From Macrostomum hystrix (Eukaryota; Animalia; Platyhelminthes), in assembly GCA_950097015.1 (NCBI GenBank), contig CATNEN010000012.1, positions 620,001 through 684,000 on the forward strand: 64,000 nt of DNA, in the 5' to 3' direction. The position numbers were made by a program, and so were the translations under genes. The notes beneath the pieces were generated by a model. It saw only the letters and a program-made list of their open reading frames with translations. It had not been told where the DNA came from and searched no databases. Below, piece after piece: positions 13,029-26,500 of this stretch (its first letter is position 1; each line of letters begins with the position of its first letter).

Positions 13029-16000
13029 GTCCTCCTATATAAATAAAATACAGTGACCCATTAGTTGTGTAACACCTAATTTTGTTTTGCTTGAAAAGTT
13101 TTAAACTAAGCATATTTTTTAAACACACATACTTTTCCATGCAGTTGTTCAAAGCAAGACCTCTAAAAATAGGCTCCATGTACCAGCAAACGACTGTCGA
13201 CAAAACAGACCTGCGTTAGAATTACGAGCTAATATGACGGGGGATTGTACAAATAATCGTCTGTGTACATTATGATGGATTGAGATAAGTTTGTTCTGAG
13301 CAAACTAGTCAAACCTTTCAAAAGTAAGCGAAAATAGCAGATTGCGATAAATGCCATGACTATAAACAGAGCATGGTCTAGTATAAATCGTGAGACTTAT
13401 TAAAACTATATTCACACGCGTGACAATGCAGATTGAATAAAGCACTTAGAAATTTATTATTTTATGGTTTTATCTCACTGTAAATCAGCTTCCAGTATGA
13501 TTCTCGTCATTAGTTACTGGAAGTAGTGGCTCGGGTTTTCGTCAGTTTGATCTAATTCGCTTGATTTAAATTTCGAATTAATAAACGATGCGCCTCTAGA
13601 TCACAAGTACATCAAACAGACTGTACAATTCACATCACAGACTCTACAATTACATCATTTACATCTTTAGGCGGAAGCTCAATAGAGGAGTTCTTGTAGA
13701 TACTTCAAGCAAAGATCTTGAGAAAAGCAATGGTACCAGTCATCATGCAAGCGCGAGCATGGCCTGATAGAAGGGAACAATAATGACTTTATCAGTGCGC
13801 TGACGATTTCAAAGTGCACTATCGGTATGCAGTCGCCATCCGAGAAAAATGCTCATTCCATGGCATTCTAAATGATATATTTAGCAGTCCCCCAGTGAAC
13901 AGCTTGATCTCGATTCGACATCGAATGATTTTTTACTTATAACAGATTGTAAATTGCCCATGGGAAATTGCCCATGAAAATGATTTCGAGGTGGTGTTGT
14001 CGATTCGAGCTCGAATCGACGTCGGGCTGTTCACCGGGCCGTGGCCCATTCACGCGCGCACAGCCTTTTTGGGTGACATGCGCGTTAAAGAACAGGACAC
14101 ACTGGCCAGAATATCGCCTCCAAATGAAAGTTTGTAAATTTTATGGTCAGGTGGAATCATTGTCATGCCGCGTTTACTCCACGCAGGTACTGCATTTATT
14201 ACATCAGCAAAGATAATCGAGATCTGGCGTACCTGAAATTTCTAGCTTTCAAATTTTTTTTCCTTATTTCCTACAATGGAACGTTCGTTGCATTCTAGCT
14301 TATGTATAACGATGACATTTAGCTCAACACCAAAACACACAAATCAACCAGGAAATCTTAACACCATGGACGCCTGCTCGATAGACTAATTTGCTTGATT
14401 TGGTTAAAGTCGTCGCGAAACTAAGGTTCTTAACTGTCCAGCTATTTTGTGCGAAATTCTATACTACTGCTTTTACTTTTTGAGCAGGGTATGCAAAACT
14501 CCCGAGCCATAAAAATGAGCTGCTTACAGAATAGAAGAGTAGAAGTACACCAGACATAGGTCCAATGTTTCATCCAAGGACTACTCAAGTAACGTATCTA
14601 CTTAAGTTGTCCTTGGTTTCATCAAAGACCACTAGGATTAGATTCCAGTATTTTGATAAGTAATAATTAATAGCATTTCTAGCATGGAAGGACGTCATTT
14701 TCTTAGGGTTTTATTCAAACAGAGGCAAATATTTATTTCTGCAAAATAAATTACATATTTCTACAAGAGTAAAGGAGGCGAGTGTATCTACGTAATCTAT
14801 ACTTAAATGTAAAAAGATGTAGATACGGAGTAAAAAAAATCCTTCAGACCCTAAGTCTGAAGGACAGCGTCTGACCTCAATTCTTCAGAGCTAAAGTCTA
14901 ATATGCATAAACGTTTTAGATATTTTGTTCCTTTACACGTTATTTACGACGTAAATATGTTTTCATATTATTATTGTTTAATGTTAGGCGTGCGTTTCGG
15001 CTAGAATTGCACCAACTTTGTCCAATAGTTTTGTCTCCCTTCGTTGATTGGTCGGTCTTTACATCATGTGGTCTGCATGCTTTTGAATAAGACGAGAGAC
15101 ACGATAACTGTAAAGTCTGATTTGGCTTCAGTGTAATAGTTACCTGGACACAAGCTTAACCTAGTGCGACTTCATCTTTTTGTTTTCCTGTTCGGCTTTT
15201 GTTATGGTAAATGGCTAAAAGTCCCTGGCATTGTATTAAGTGAAGTTTTGCACAGACTTTTCCATGGCTTATGAGCTGTATGAGTTGTGATAGTTAGCAA
15301 AGTTATTGTACCATGTTTGGCTAATGACAATGTAACTGTAAGTATAGTCTATAAATTTACGCATATCTCTACATATACGAGAGTTATTCCTTACTTTTCA
15401 TATGACAAACCTCCCAGACGACTTCTGACTTCATAAAGAGGGCCAGGTTATTGCTTAAATATTTTTTGATTTTGTGCACTATTACTTCGAGGACATTGTG
15501 TACTTTTATTAACTATGATTATGCCACTAACCTTTTGGCCTAGGCTTATTAAACAATACAAAAGCTTTCACTTATACAGGTTTATGTAGGCCTTTGCTTA
15601 GGGTGTTAAACAATGTAATAGAGTAATGCTGCTAAAATGGCTAATAAATGGCATTGTGTTATATAGGCCTAACACTAAAAACAGTGGCCCTTGCTTTGGC
15701 TGGCTGACTGACAAGACTTGAAGTGAAGAGAGAAAAAGTGAGTATTAAATGCAATAGTCTTTTGAATGATTTGAATTCATTATTAAATGCTTCTTAGTAT
15801 AGTCTAGCACAGTTTTCTATTTAAGAACCTCCTTAGGTATAAAACTATAACTATAAGTTAGCTAGGTTTTGAACCTTCTAAGTTATATCTCTTTCATTTT
15901 GCTAACTTTTTGTGTATATTAATATTGTTTCTTACAATCATAATATTTCTTGCTCCAAATATTATGACCAATTTTTACTGACCTTAAGCTCAGTGACTCA

Positions 16001-16553
16001 AAAGAAGACTCAGACAGGATATTTGTGACAAATCCAATAGGGAAACCTGACAAATTTATATTCTTGGTAAGTGTAATACCCTCCAAATTTCAGCTTTATT
16101 GCAGGTATATTAAAAAGGCCTCCTTTTCTAGGCTTTGCTATCTAGCATATTGTTTTGTCTATACTAGGTATTAAACTAACAAGTCAATAGTGGATAATGT
16201 CTATCACATAGGACAATCCCGTTTTGAAGGTCCATACTCTAGGGCAACTAGCTATACTAGCAGAGCTGAAAAGTTTAACAAAAAAATATAATAATTTAAA
16301 GTAGGAAACCAAAACTATCTAGTTTCAATTCGAAATTCCCAGATCTGTCAACTAATTTTGTTTGCAAACCTTTGTATTTATAATGATCAATTTTATTTCT
16401 GTTTTTTAAAGTTGGTTTTTGCCACATTCTTTTCAGCTAAATTTGCATTGCATCTAAGCATACTTTGAAAGCTTAAGTCAGCATTCTGTAAGACAAGCTC
16501 ATTGACTTATAGAACCATTTCAAGAAGAAATCACCTGCACTTTATTGTTAGCA

Positions 16554-19500
16554 ATGTCAGAAGAACATTACATAAACACAGTCACTGAGAATAGTAGTGA
16601 GAACAACAATGACCACTCACTAGAAAACAAGAATTATAGTGCCTCTAACAAGCTCCGGGTCAACTGTCAACGACATGAAAGTGGTGAGAGTGACACCCGG
16701 AAGGCGGAGTCTGATGCTGAAGTTGACAGCGGCCGGCCCTCCAGTGTTGACACAGACCCACGCAGTCCTTGCACCACCACTGCTCCAGCTAACAAGGATG
16801 TTGAAGCTACCGACTCTAGCATCGCAAAGAAGCCAGCCCCAAAGTCTCCATCTTCGTCGCTTGTCCGTGGCGCCTCGCCAGTGCCAGGGGATGATAATGA
16901 CGTCATTCACCAGTTCCTCATCCCCAACAGGCTAGGCGGCTCTATGGTTGGCACACGCGGTCGCAACATTAATTATATTCGAGCCAAGTCTGGCGCCTCC
17001 GTTTGGATTAGTCGCAACTTCTTTGACAAGAAGACTCAAGTTGTCAATGTTAGGGGTAAGCTGACAGTGATCCTGCCCGCCATCCTACCCGGCCTACCCC
17101 CAGATCTTCAGGTTATTCCCGCCACCTAATCCCCAGATATTCAGGTTGGTCCCTCCTCTCTACCCCCAGATATTCAGGTTAGTCCTACCAATTAACCCCC
17201 AGATATTCAGGTTAGTCCTACCAACTAAACCCTAGATATTCAGGTTAGTCCTACCAATTAACCCCCAGATATTCAGGTTAGTCCTACCAACTAAACCCTA
17301 GATATTCAGGTTAGTCCTACCAATTAACCCCAGATATTCAGGTTAGTCCTACCAACTAAACCCTAGATATTCAGGTTAGTCCTACCAATTAACCCCCAGA
17401 TATTCAGGTTAGTACTACCGCTTTACTTAAGAAAAAATTCCAATTGTCACCTCTCCCAGGCCCTGTCGAGTGCGTCAAGTGTGCCCTGCAGGTGATCAAG
17501 AAGCGCTTTCCCGAGTTGGATGTGAAACCGATTAACACTGCCGTGCCGATTCACCGAAATCCGGCACTGCAGCCCACCATGTGTCAGGTGAGTAGCGGGT
17601 CATTCTTTCCTTTTTTATTTCTTTAACTGCTGGGAGCTTCAACTGTAGATCCTAATCTATGTCAACGATCTTATTGACAGTTTATTGTGAACTTTACTCT
17701 TGTGAAGGATACTTTTACCAGTTCATATTATTTATAGATCCTCAATTTTAAAATCACAATCATCCTTCTCCTAGATCATTCAATTTGTAAGGCAGTCTGT
17801 ACTTATGCAGTCAGACTGCGAGTGTTTCGCGTTATATGCAGGTCTATTAGCATATGCCTGGTTGCAGTGGCAAGATCAAAGGGCTAGCAGAATACAGATG
17901 ATTGTTTGTATGATAGCACAGTTTTTTTTTAGTTTTCCCACGAAAATATTCCTCCAAACGCGAGTCGGTGCTCTGATTTCTTTCCTTTGAAAAGTTCCTA
18001 GCGCTCTGTGGAATTCAATGCCCCAGATTGTAACTGCCGCTTTGCTTTGCGCGCAACTGAGGGTGGGGTAGAGCGGTTGGGTGACCTTTGTTTAGCCAGA
18101 TATTGCCAGAGCCAGGTGGCGTCAGTTGCTGTTCTGTCTTCTGCGAAGAACGGAACCCAATGCCCCGCAAGAAGTTCTCTTCGATAGCTTATTTATAGAA
18201 GCATTTTATTGCCGGCAAGCTCAAACAGAGCTGCGGGCATTCAGGTTCTAGATAACAGAAATAAAGATCTATATACTCGAATATTAACAACTAGGTCAGC
18301 CTGGCCTAGTCAAGTCTTGCTATCTGCTCTTTGAGCGATATAATTTATTGTGTAATTCTGGCGACCTTTGCCTCATAACCAACTCAAATGAGAAACAAGG
18401 CACACACTTTTTGGCTGTCCACTAGTGTAGGGCAGGTAGGTAGCTCACACAGAAACAGTGCATTTAGGCGGCGGCATTCTGTTATAAATTAAACCAACTA
18501 TCTATTATCAAATCTGTTCTTGTAGCCCACCTAAGCTAGGGTCAGGCCAGACCTGTCATGCTCCAGTAGCTAATGTGTCTCTCCTATTCTCTGGCTTTCT
18601 GTTTCTTCGTTTCCTTAGCCAGATCAAATTTTGCATTAAAAAATAGCGGGGTTCTATCTCTAGCTAGAGCCTTGGTGTCTTTCTGTTTCTAGTTTAGTTA
18701 ATTCTGATCTTTTCCTTTTGTGTGCCGCTATTAGTTAGCTATTTATGAATGGCTGACAGGCAAAAAGGTATGAATTTTGAGTGGGCTTACAGTACAGAAG
18801 GACATCAAGCGTTTCTTTCCGCCTTAGTATTTCACTGCTCTCTTTTCCTCTCTTTAATTAGCATTCTCTTTAGTCTTGCTAGCTCTACTTTTTCTTGCCG
18901 GACTGAGAACACTGCTGACCTTTATAGAAATTATTTAAGAATTTCGATCTGTATATCCGATAGCTATATGGTTGCGCAACAGACTTCGCATGGTGACAGA
19001 GAGCTCAGGTGTTGTCACTTCCTGCTTAGCTAGCTTATTAATTCTTACCGGCAATCATTAGGCTATGCTAAAGAATTATAAATTAGCCTTGGAGACGGCC
19101 TCTTTTAGCTCCAGGGCCCATTGTAAAGAACAGGCTGGAGCATGCTCAGCGGACAGACACACGCGTCCAGTCCCGTGACCAGGCTGGCTTGAATGTCAAG
19201 CTTAGGCCTGCCGTGCTCTGCCCGCACCTACTTGAAGCGGCTAGCTTCCTCTCTTATCTCATTTTATCTATTTCCCATGCAGAGATCTCATAGTTTGCAT
19301 CTCCGCCTCGCACAGTGCGGGCTGCCGTCTGCTTTGTTCTTTTTGCCGTTTGTAATTTCCTGTTTAGCTGTTTTGTTTGCAGTCTTAGATTCAAATAGTT
19401 CTTTCTTGCTTGTCTTTATAAGCCGAATTTCCTTCACTGGTGTCATAGTAACTAGCGCCATGACTAGGCTCAGAAAATCTGACTTCTTTTTATCTGAAAT

Positions 19501-22433
19501 TGGAATCAAGTAAATTTGAAAAATTATAGTAAATGTGTTCCTAAATAAGACTGTCTTATCTTAGGGCTATTTCAGATAAAAGCAGCCGCTTTGACATGAC
19601 TCATTTGTGTAATTCTAGATATTAGAGTCTGGAATAAAATCACTATGGAGTTCTAGACCATAGAGTCTGGAATAAAAATCACTATAGAGTTCTAGACCCT
19701 AGAGTCTGGAATAAAATCACCATGGAGTTCTAGACCCTAGAGTCTGGAATAAAATCACTATGGAGTTCTAGACCCTAGAGTCTGGAATAAAATCACTATG
19801 GAGTTCTAGACCATAGAGTCTGGAATAAAATCACTATAGAGTTCTAGACCCTAGAGTCTGGAATAAAATCACCATGGAGTTCTAGACCCTAGAGTCTGGA
19901 ATAAAATCACTATGGAGTTCTAGACCCTAGAGTCTGGAATAAAATCACTATAGAGTTCTAGACCCTAGAGTCTGGAATAAAATCACCATGGAGTTCTAGA
20001 CCATAGAATCTGGAATAAAATCACCATGGAGTTCTAGACCATAGAATCTGGAATAAAATCACCATGGAGTTCTAGACCCTAGAGTCTGGAATAAAATCAC
20101 TATGGAGTTCTAGACCCTAGAGTCTGGAATAAAATCACCATGGAGTTCTAGACCCTAGAGTCTGGAATAAAATCACTATGGAGTTCTAGACCCTAGAGTC
20201 TGGAATAAAATCACCATGGAGTTCTAGACCCTAGAGTCTGGAATAAAATCACTATGGAGTTCTAGACCCTAGAGTCTGGAATAAAATCACTATAGAGTTC
20301 TAGACCCTAGAGTCTGGAATAAAATCACCATGGAGTTCTAGACCATAGAATCTGGAATAAAATCACCATGGAGTTCTAGACCATAGAATCTGGAATAAAA
20401 TCACTATGGAGTTCTAGACCCTAGAGTCTGGAATAAAATCACTATGGAGTTCTAGACCCTAGAGTCTGGAATAAAATCACTATGGAGTTCTAGACCCTAG
20501 AGTCTGGAATAAAATCACCATGGAGTTCTAGACCATAGAATCTGGAATAAAATCACCATGGAGTTCTAGACCATAGAATCTGGAATAAAATCACTATGGA
20601 GTTCTAGACCCTAGAGTCTGGAATAAAATCACTATGGAGTTCTAGACCCTAGAGTCTGGAATAAAATCACTATGGAGTTCTAGACCCTAGAGTCTGGAAT
20701 ATCTGGAATAAAATCACCATCGATTGAAACGCCTATACCTAGAACTCTAGGTACTATTGTTCTCTAAACAATAGCTTGCTGGGTAAATCGTGACCCTTAG
20801 CGAATTTAGTGCTAGTTGGTATTGCAATTGGATTGTAAACACTCGCTTGCTTTGAATCTAACACAGATTAAATATTTGATCAGTCCTTAGACTGTTTCTA
20901 TGATCTGAAGTGGCCTTCCAAATAAGGAAATGCAAGCACATAGTGAAGCAACAAAACTCTACGAGAACCGGAAGTTACCTGTATGAAGGCACTGCAAATT
21001 AGTTTTCCTTAGTTGTACATTAGCCTGGCGTGTTGCTAGAAGTTTAGCATGTGCTTAGCTTGATATTCCTACTAAAATAACTGCTTATCAGTGTCAGACG
21101 GTATGGCAATGCAGTGCGGTGATGTAAAAACTGAATTTGTTGTCTATTCTGCTTCCTGTTTAAATGCTTAGATCTTGGACCCTCGATAACTCACTGTTGT
21201 GACTTGAAGTTTCTTTTTAGGTAAACGGCAGGAGTAACCATGTCTGTGCTTTTAAACAAGAATGCCTCGGCATTTATTAAGTTTGTAATATTTGACAGCT
21301 TATTTGCTAAATAATCGATCCTACCTACCTGCAGCTCAACCTGCCAATCAATGCCTACGTTGATGTTCTGGTAACTGCCGCCTGCCGCGGCACAACCCTG
21401 TTCATGCAGCAGCCTGGCCACCCGACCTATCAGCAGCTGGCCAAGATGGACGGCGCCGTGCGTCGGCACTACGCCGGCGGCGAACATTCGTCACCGATTG
21501 CGGTGCCTGCGCTGCCACGGCCCGTGAATCCCGGCGCTGTGTGCGTCGCGCCGAGTAGCGCTGACGGCGGCGTCTGGCATCGGGCCATCATTGCCGACGT
21601 GTTTCCGGAGACTGACACTGTGCTGATGAAATTCTTGGACTGGGGCGGCTACGAACAGATGTCTGTTGGCTCTCTGAGGCAGATTCGGTAAGGCTGAGTC
21701 TGTCTTAATTTATCCTCATTTTCTGATAGTTTCCTAGTTCCTCAAATCAGCCTCTCAATCTTTCCAGATCCTCAAATCAGCCTCTCAATATTCCCAGATC
21801 CTCAAATCACCCTCTCAATCTTCCCAGATCCTCAAACCAGCTCCTCAATCTTCTCAGATCCTCAAATCAGCCCCCCAATCTTCCCAGATCCTCAAATCAG
21901 CCTCTTAATATTCCCAGATCCTCAAATCAGCCCCTCAATTTTCCCAGATCCTTAAATCAACCCACCAATCTTCTCAGATCCTCAAATCAGCCCCTCAATT
22001 TTCCCAGATCCTTAAATCAACCCACCAATCTTCTCAGATCCTCAAATCAGCCCCTCAATATTCCCAGATCCTCAAACGAGCCTAAAAAGTTTCCTAAAAT
22101 CCCATATCCAGCACGGAGATGATGCACCTGCCCTTCCAAGCTGTTGAGGGCCACCTGGCCTACGTGACTCCTCTGCTGCGCCCAGACCAGGACACCGACG
22201 GCCAGCTGGAGTCGCTAAGCGGCCTCATCCAGCGCCGCTTCCTGGCCGGCCGCCGGCTGAAATGCCAGGTGGTGTACTTTAACCACATCGGCCAGCCGTG
22301 CGTGTACCTGTACAGCCGGGAGCCGAACTCGCCGCACTGGCGCTGCGTACAGGAGGACCTGGTCCAGGCTGGCTTGGCCACCTGGTTCTGCATGCCGCGC
22401 ATTCCTCCCCAGCTACCCTCGCCAGCGGCCTAA
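16554..22433 (+). CDS. AKAP1: KH + Tudor domain protein, AKAP1/spoonbill-like
   Basis: Exons 16554-17055, 17460-17587, 21335-21687, 22112-22433, phase-consistent. KH domain HQFLIPNRLGGSMVGTRGRNINYIRAKSG (GxxG loop). Then LFMQQPGHPTYQQL, Tudor WHRAII..MKFLDWGGY, and LRQIR..HLPFQAVE, typical of the AKAP1 C-terminal half. The start codon is uncertain and an upstream exon may exist. Confidence 0.8.
17125..17420. repeat. ~32-33-bp intronic minisatellite (CCCCAGATATTCAGGTTAGTCCTACCAATTAA-like)
   Basis: ~9 tandem copies filling the intron after the KH exon. Confidence 0.85.
19623..20720. repeat. 38-bp intronic minisatellite (TAGAGTCTGGAATAAAATCACTATGGAGTTCTAGACCC)n
   Basis: ~28 tandem copies. Confidence 0.95.
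21740..22078. repeat. ~30-bp intronic minisatellite (TTCCCAGATCCTCAAATCAGCCCCTCAATC-like)
   Basis: ~11 diverged copies filling most of the last AKAP1-like intron. Confidence 0.85.
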
Positions 22434-23708
22434 GCTGGTGTCCCGCCACTCACTGTTTATACAATTGGCCGACTGGCTATGATAGAGACAGTAAGTAAGC
22501 AAGCTTTTACCACTATTTTAATTTGAGGGGAAAATTTCATACTAGATAAACTAGTTGGGGGATTTGCGAATTTGTTATTTCTAGGGAAACAGTTTTGCAT
22601 TCGTTGGCGCCTTGGAGTTTTTTGTGTTTGTTCATTGCTGTTAGAAATGTTATCTATTTTATAAGCCTACAAATTGAAATATCGAATTGTTGAATGAATA
22701 GTTTGAAGAAAAATTATTTATTTTTTAAAGCATTTTTCTTGTCTATCCAGGCCATCATTTTTCATCTAAATAGAAATGCACTTTAAGCTTGAATTGCAAA
22801 TTTACAATTATTTAGTCCAAGTAATAATGTAATAGTTTTGTTTACGAAATGCAGCTAACTTGGCAAGGCCGCAAATAATATTAGTTGTTAAAGTATTCTA
22901 ATATAGTTCAGCTACTTGGTTATTATTGTGCTCGCTCAGCAATTTGTGTGTGGCTTTGCTTTTTTTTCAGTGCACCTTTATAAACTCTATCTGTAGCCGG
23001 TTTTTGGCAGTTTTTTGTTATTTGCGAATCAAATCCACTCGAATTTAATCACTTAGGCTTGAATTTTGTGCCTCTCTGTCTCTGTTGTTTGTATTTTATT
23101 TTCTAATCATGTTTTAGGTTTTTTTAGCTTTTCATTTATGTCCATTTTCACTACTGATTTGATTAAAATAAGTAGCATACAAGTGACGCTTCGCACTCTT
23201 TTTAAAGAGTGTAAATCGTAACTGTTTATTAGTTAGGACATTGTCATTTTCTCTGTTGTTATTTTCTGCTCCGATTTAGGTGATGCTTTTGTTCATTGAA
23301 TTTCTGCTCTATTTTTATGACTTTAGCTAAAAACAAAGCACACACAATCGAAATCACAAACCTTTAATGCGCGCTAATGTTAATAATGTGAAGTTTCTTG
23401 CCTCGTCTCATTTTGCTCTGGTGCTCAGTTACTCTCGTATTCTTTTCTCTAATAATTTATCAGCTTAAGCGCTGCTATGATTTATCAATGTTCATTTCTC
23501 ATTGGCACTGCAACCTTTTTCTGTACAAAATTATTGAGACTTATAATATGAAAGCAAAGTTATCGGATTTCCTGCCCCGATTTCCGACCAAAAAAAGCAA
23601 ATTTCAACTTGAATTTTACGTAAAACTAACAATACCTTTTCATATTTACAATTACTAATCTTGCCTATGCTGGCTCTGTGCATTCTTAGATTTTCCTTCT
23701 GCAATAAT

Positions 23709-24243
23709 AACCCACAGCCAACTGTTGAACCCACAGCCAACTGTTGAACCCACAGCCAACTGTTGAACCCACAGCCAACTGTTGAACCCACAGCCAACTG
23801 TTGAACCCACAGCCAACTGTTGAACCCACAGCCATCTGTTGAACCCACAGCCAACTGTTGAATCCACAGCCAACTGTTGAACCCACAGCCAACTGTTGAA
23901 CCCACAGCCAACTGTTGAACCCACAGCCATCTGTTGAACCCACAGCCAACTGTTGAACCCACAGCCAACTGTTGAACCCACAGCCAACTGTTGAACCCAC
24001 AGCCATCTGTTGAACCCACAGCCAACTGTTGAACCCACAGCCATCTGTTGAACCCACAGCCATCTGTTGAACCCACAGCCATCTGTTGAACCCACAGCCA
24101 ACTGTTGAACCCACAGCCATCTGTTGAACCCACAGCCAACTGTTGAACCCACAGCCAACTGTTGAACCCACAGCCAACTGTTGAACCCACAGCCAACTGT
24201 TGAACCCACAGCCAACTGTTGAACCCACAGCCAACTGTTGAAC
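23709..24243. repeat. 19-bp minisatellite (AACCCACAGCCAACTGTTG)n
   Basis: ~28 copies. Explains the 19-aa periodic ORFs in three minus-strand frames. Confidence 0.95.
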
Positions 24244-24586
24244 CAGACACAGGCACCAGACTTCAATTATTGGCCCGGCTCCTTTAATTAAGTTTCAAAT
24301 TGATAACATTTTCTGTAGAGTTTAGAAGTAATTGTCCATTTTAGCGGTGTTTATTTTTGTTAACGAATCGCGTTTAGCCACTTTAAAGTTAGCTTAATCT
24401 AGGTTTTTTGTTTAAATACCGACGTGCGTCGCCCTGGCGCTAGTGTTAACTATTTTTAATTATTGCATTAAATCATGCACGCAGAAATTCATAAATACAC
24501 GCTTCTCCGCCTTACAACATTTAGCATGGGTGTTTTTCCGCAAAAAATGCTCAGCACTCCTTCTTTGTGCTCTTCTATATTGCTGA

Positions 24587-26500
24587 CCGAATGCCAGGCT
24601 AAAGAATAACTGAATGCCAGGCTAACGAATAGCTGAATGCCAGGCTAATGAGTAGCTGAATGCCAGGCTAATGAGTAGCTGAATGCCAGGCTAATGAGTA
24701 GCTGAATGCCAGGCTAACGAGTATGCCAGGCTAACGAATAGCTGAATGCCAGGCTAACGAATAGCTGAATGCCAGGCTAACGAATAGCTGAATGCCAGGC
24801 TAATGAGTAGCTGAATGCCAGGCTAATGAGTAGCTGAATGCCAGGCTAATGAGTAGCTGAATGCCAGGCTAACGAATAGCTGAATGCCAGGCTAACGAAT
24901 AGCTGAATGCCAGGCTAATGAGTAGCTGAATGCCAGGCTAATGAGTAGCTGAATGCCAGGCTAATGAGTAGCTGAATGCCAGGCTAATGAGTAGCTGAAT
25001 GCCAGGCTAATGAGTAGCTGAATGCCAGGCTAACGAATAGCTGAATGCCAGGCTAATGAGTAGCTGAATGCCAGGCTAACGAATAGCTGAATGCCAGGCA
25101 AATGAGTAGCTGAATGCCAGGCTAATGAGTAGCTGAATGCCAGGCTAACGAGTAGCTGAATGCCAGGCTAACGAATAGCTGAATGCCAGGCTAACGAGTA
25201 GCTGAATGCCAGGCTAACGAATAGCTGAATGCCAGGCTAACGAATAGCTGAATGCCAGGCAAATGAGTAGCTGAATGCCAGGCTAACGAGTAGCTGAATG
25301 CCAGGCTAACGAATAGCTGAATGCCAGGCTAATGAGTAGCTGAATGCCAGGCTAACGAATAGCTGAATGCCAGGCAAATGAGTAGCTGAATGCCAGGCTA
25401 ATGAGTAGCTGAATGCCAGGCTAACGAATAGCTGAATGCCAGGCAAATGAGTAGCTGAATGCCAGGCTAACGAATAGCTGAATGCCAGGCTAACGAATAG
25501 CTGAATGCCAGGCTAACGAATAGCTGAATGCCAGGCTAACGAGTAGCTGAATGCCAGGCTAACGAATAGCTGAATGCCAGGCTAACGAATAGCTGAATGC
25601 CAGGCTAACGAATAGCTGAATGCCAGGCTAACGAATAGCTGAATGCCAGGCTAGTGAGTAGCTGAATGCCAGGCTAACGAGTAGCTGAATGCCAGGCTAG
25701 TGAGTAGCTAAATGCCAGGCTAATGAGTAGCTGAATGCCAGGCTAACGAGTAGCTGAATGCCAGGCTAATGAGTAGCTGAATGCCAGGCTAACGAATAGC
25801 TGAATGCCAGGCAAATGAGTAGCTGAATGCCAGGCTAACGAGTAGCTGAATGCCAGGCTAACGAATAGCTGAATGCCAGGCTAACGAATAGCTGAATGCC
25901 AGGCTAATGAGTAGCTGAATGCCAGGCTAACGAATAGCTGAATGCCAGGCAAATGAGTAGCTGAATGCCAGGCTAACGAGTAGCTGAATGCCAGGCTAAC
26001 GAATAGCTGAATGCCAGGCTAACGAGTAGCTGAATGCCAGGCTAACGAATAGCTGAATGCCAGGCTAACGAATAGCTGAATGCCAGGCTAGTGAGTAGCT
26101 GAATGCCAGGCTAACGAGTAGCTGAATGCCAGGCTAGTGAGTAGCTAAATGCCAGGCTAATGAGTAGCTGAATGCCAGGCTAACGAGTAGCTGAATGCCA
26201 GGCTAATGAGTAGCTGAATGCCAGGCAATGAGTAGCTAAATGCCAGGCTAATGAGTAGCTGAATGCCAGGCTAATGAGTAGCTGAATGCCAGGCTAATGA
26301 GTAGCTGAATGCCAGGCTAATGAGTAGCTGAATGCCAGGCTAACGAATAGCTGAATGCCAGGCTAATGAGTAGCTGAATGCCAGGCTAATGAGTAGCTAA
26401 ATGCCAGGCTAATGAGTAGCTGAATGCCAGGTTACCCATTAGGCTACTCATTACGCTACTTATCAACGAATAGCTGAATGCCAGGCTAACGGATATCTGA
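24587..26500. repeat. 23-bp minisatellite (GCTGAATGCCAGGCTAATGAGTA)n, ~1.9 kb
   Basis: ~80 copies with alternating AATGAG/AACGAA/AACGAG variants. Confidence 0.95.

Noticed and set aside
13640-14230. Small gene or transposase fragment
   Set aside because: All frames are interrupted by stops, there is no recognisable motif, and no consistent exon chain could be built.
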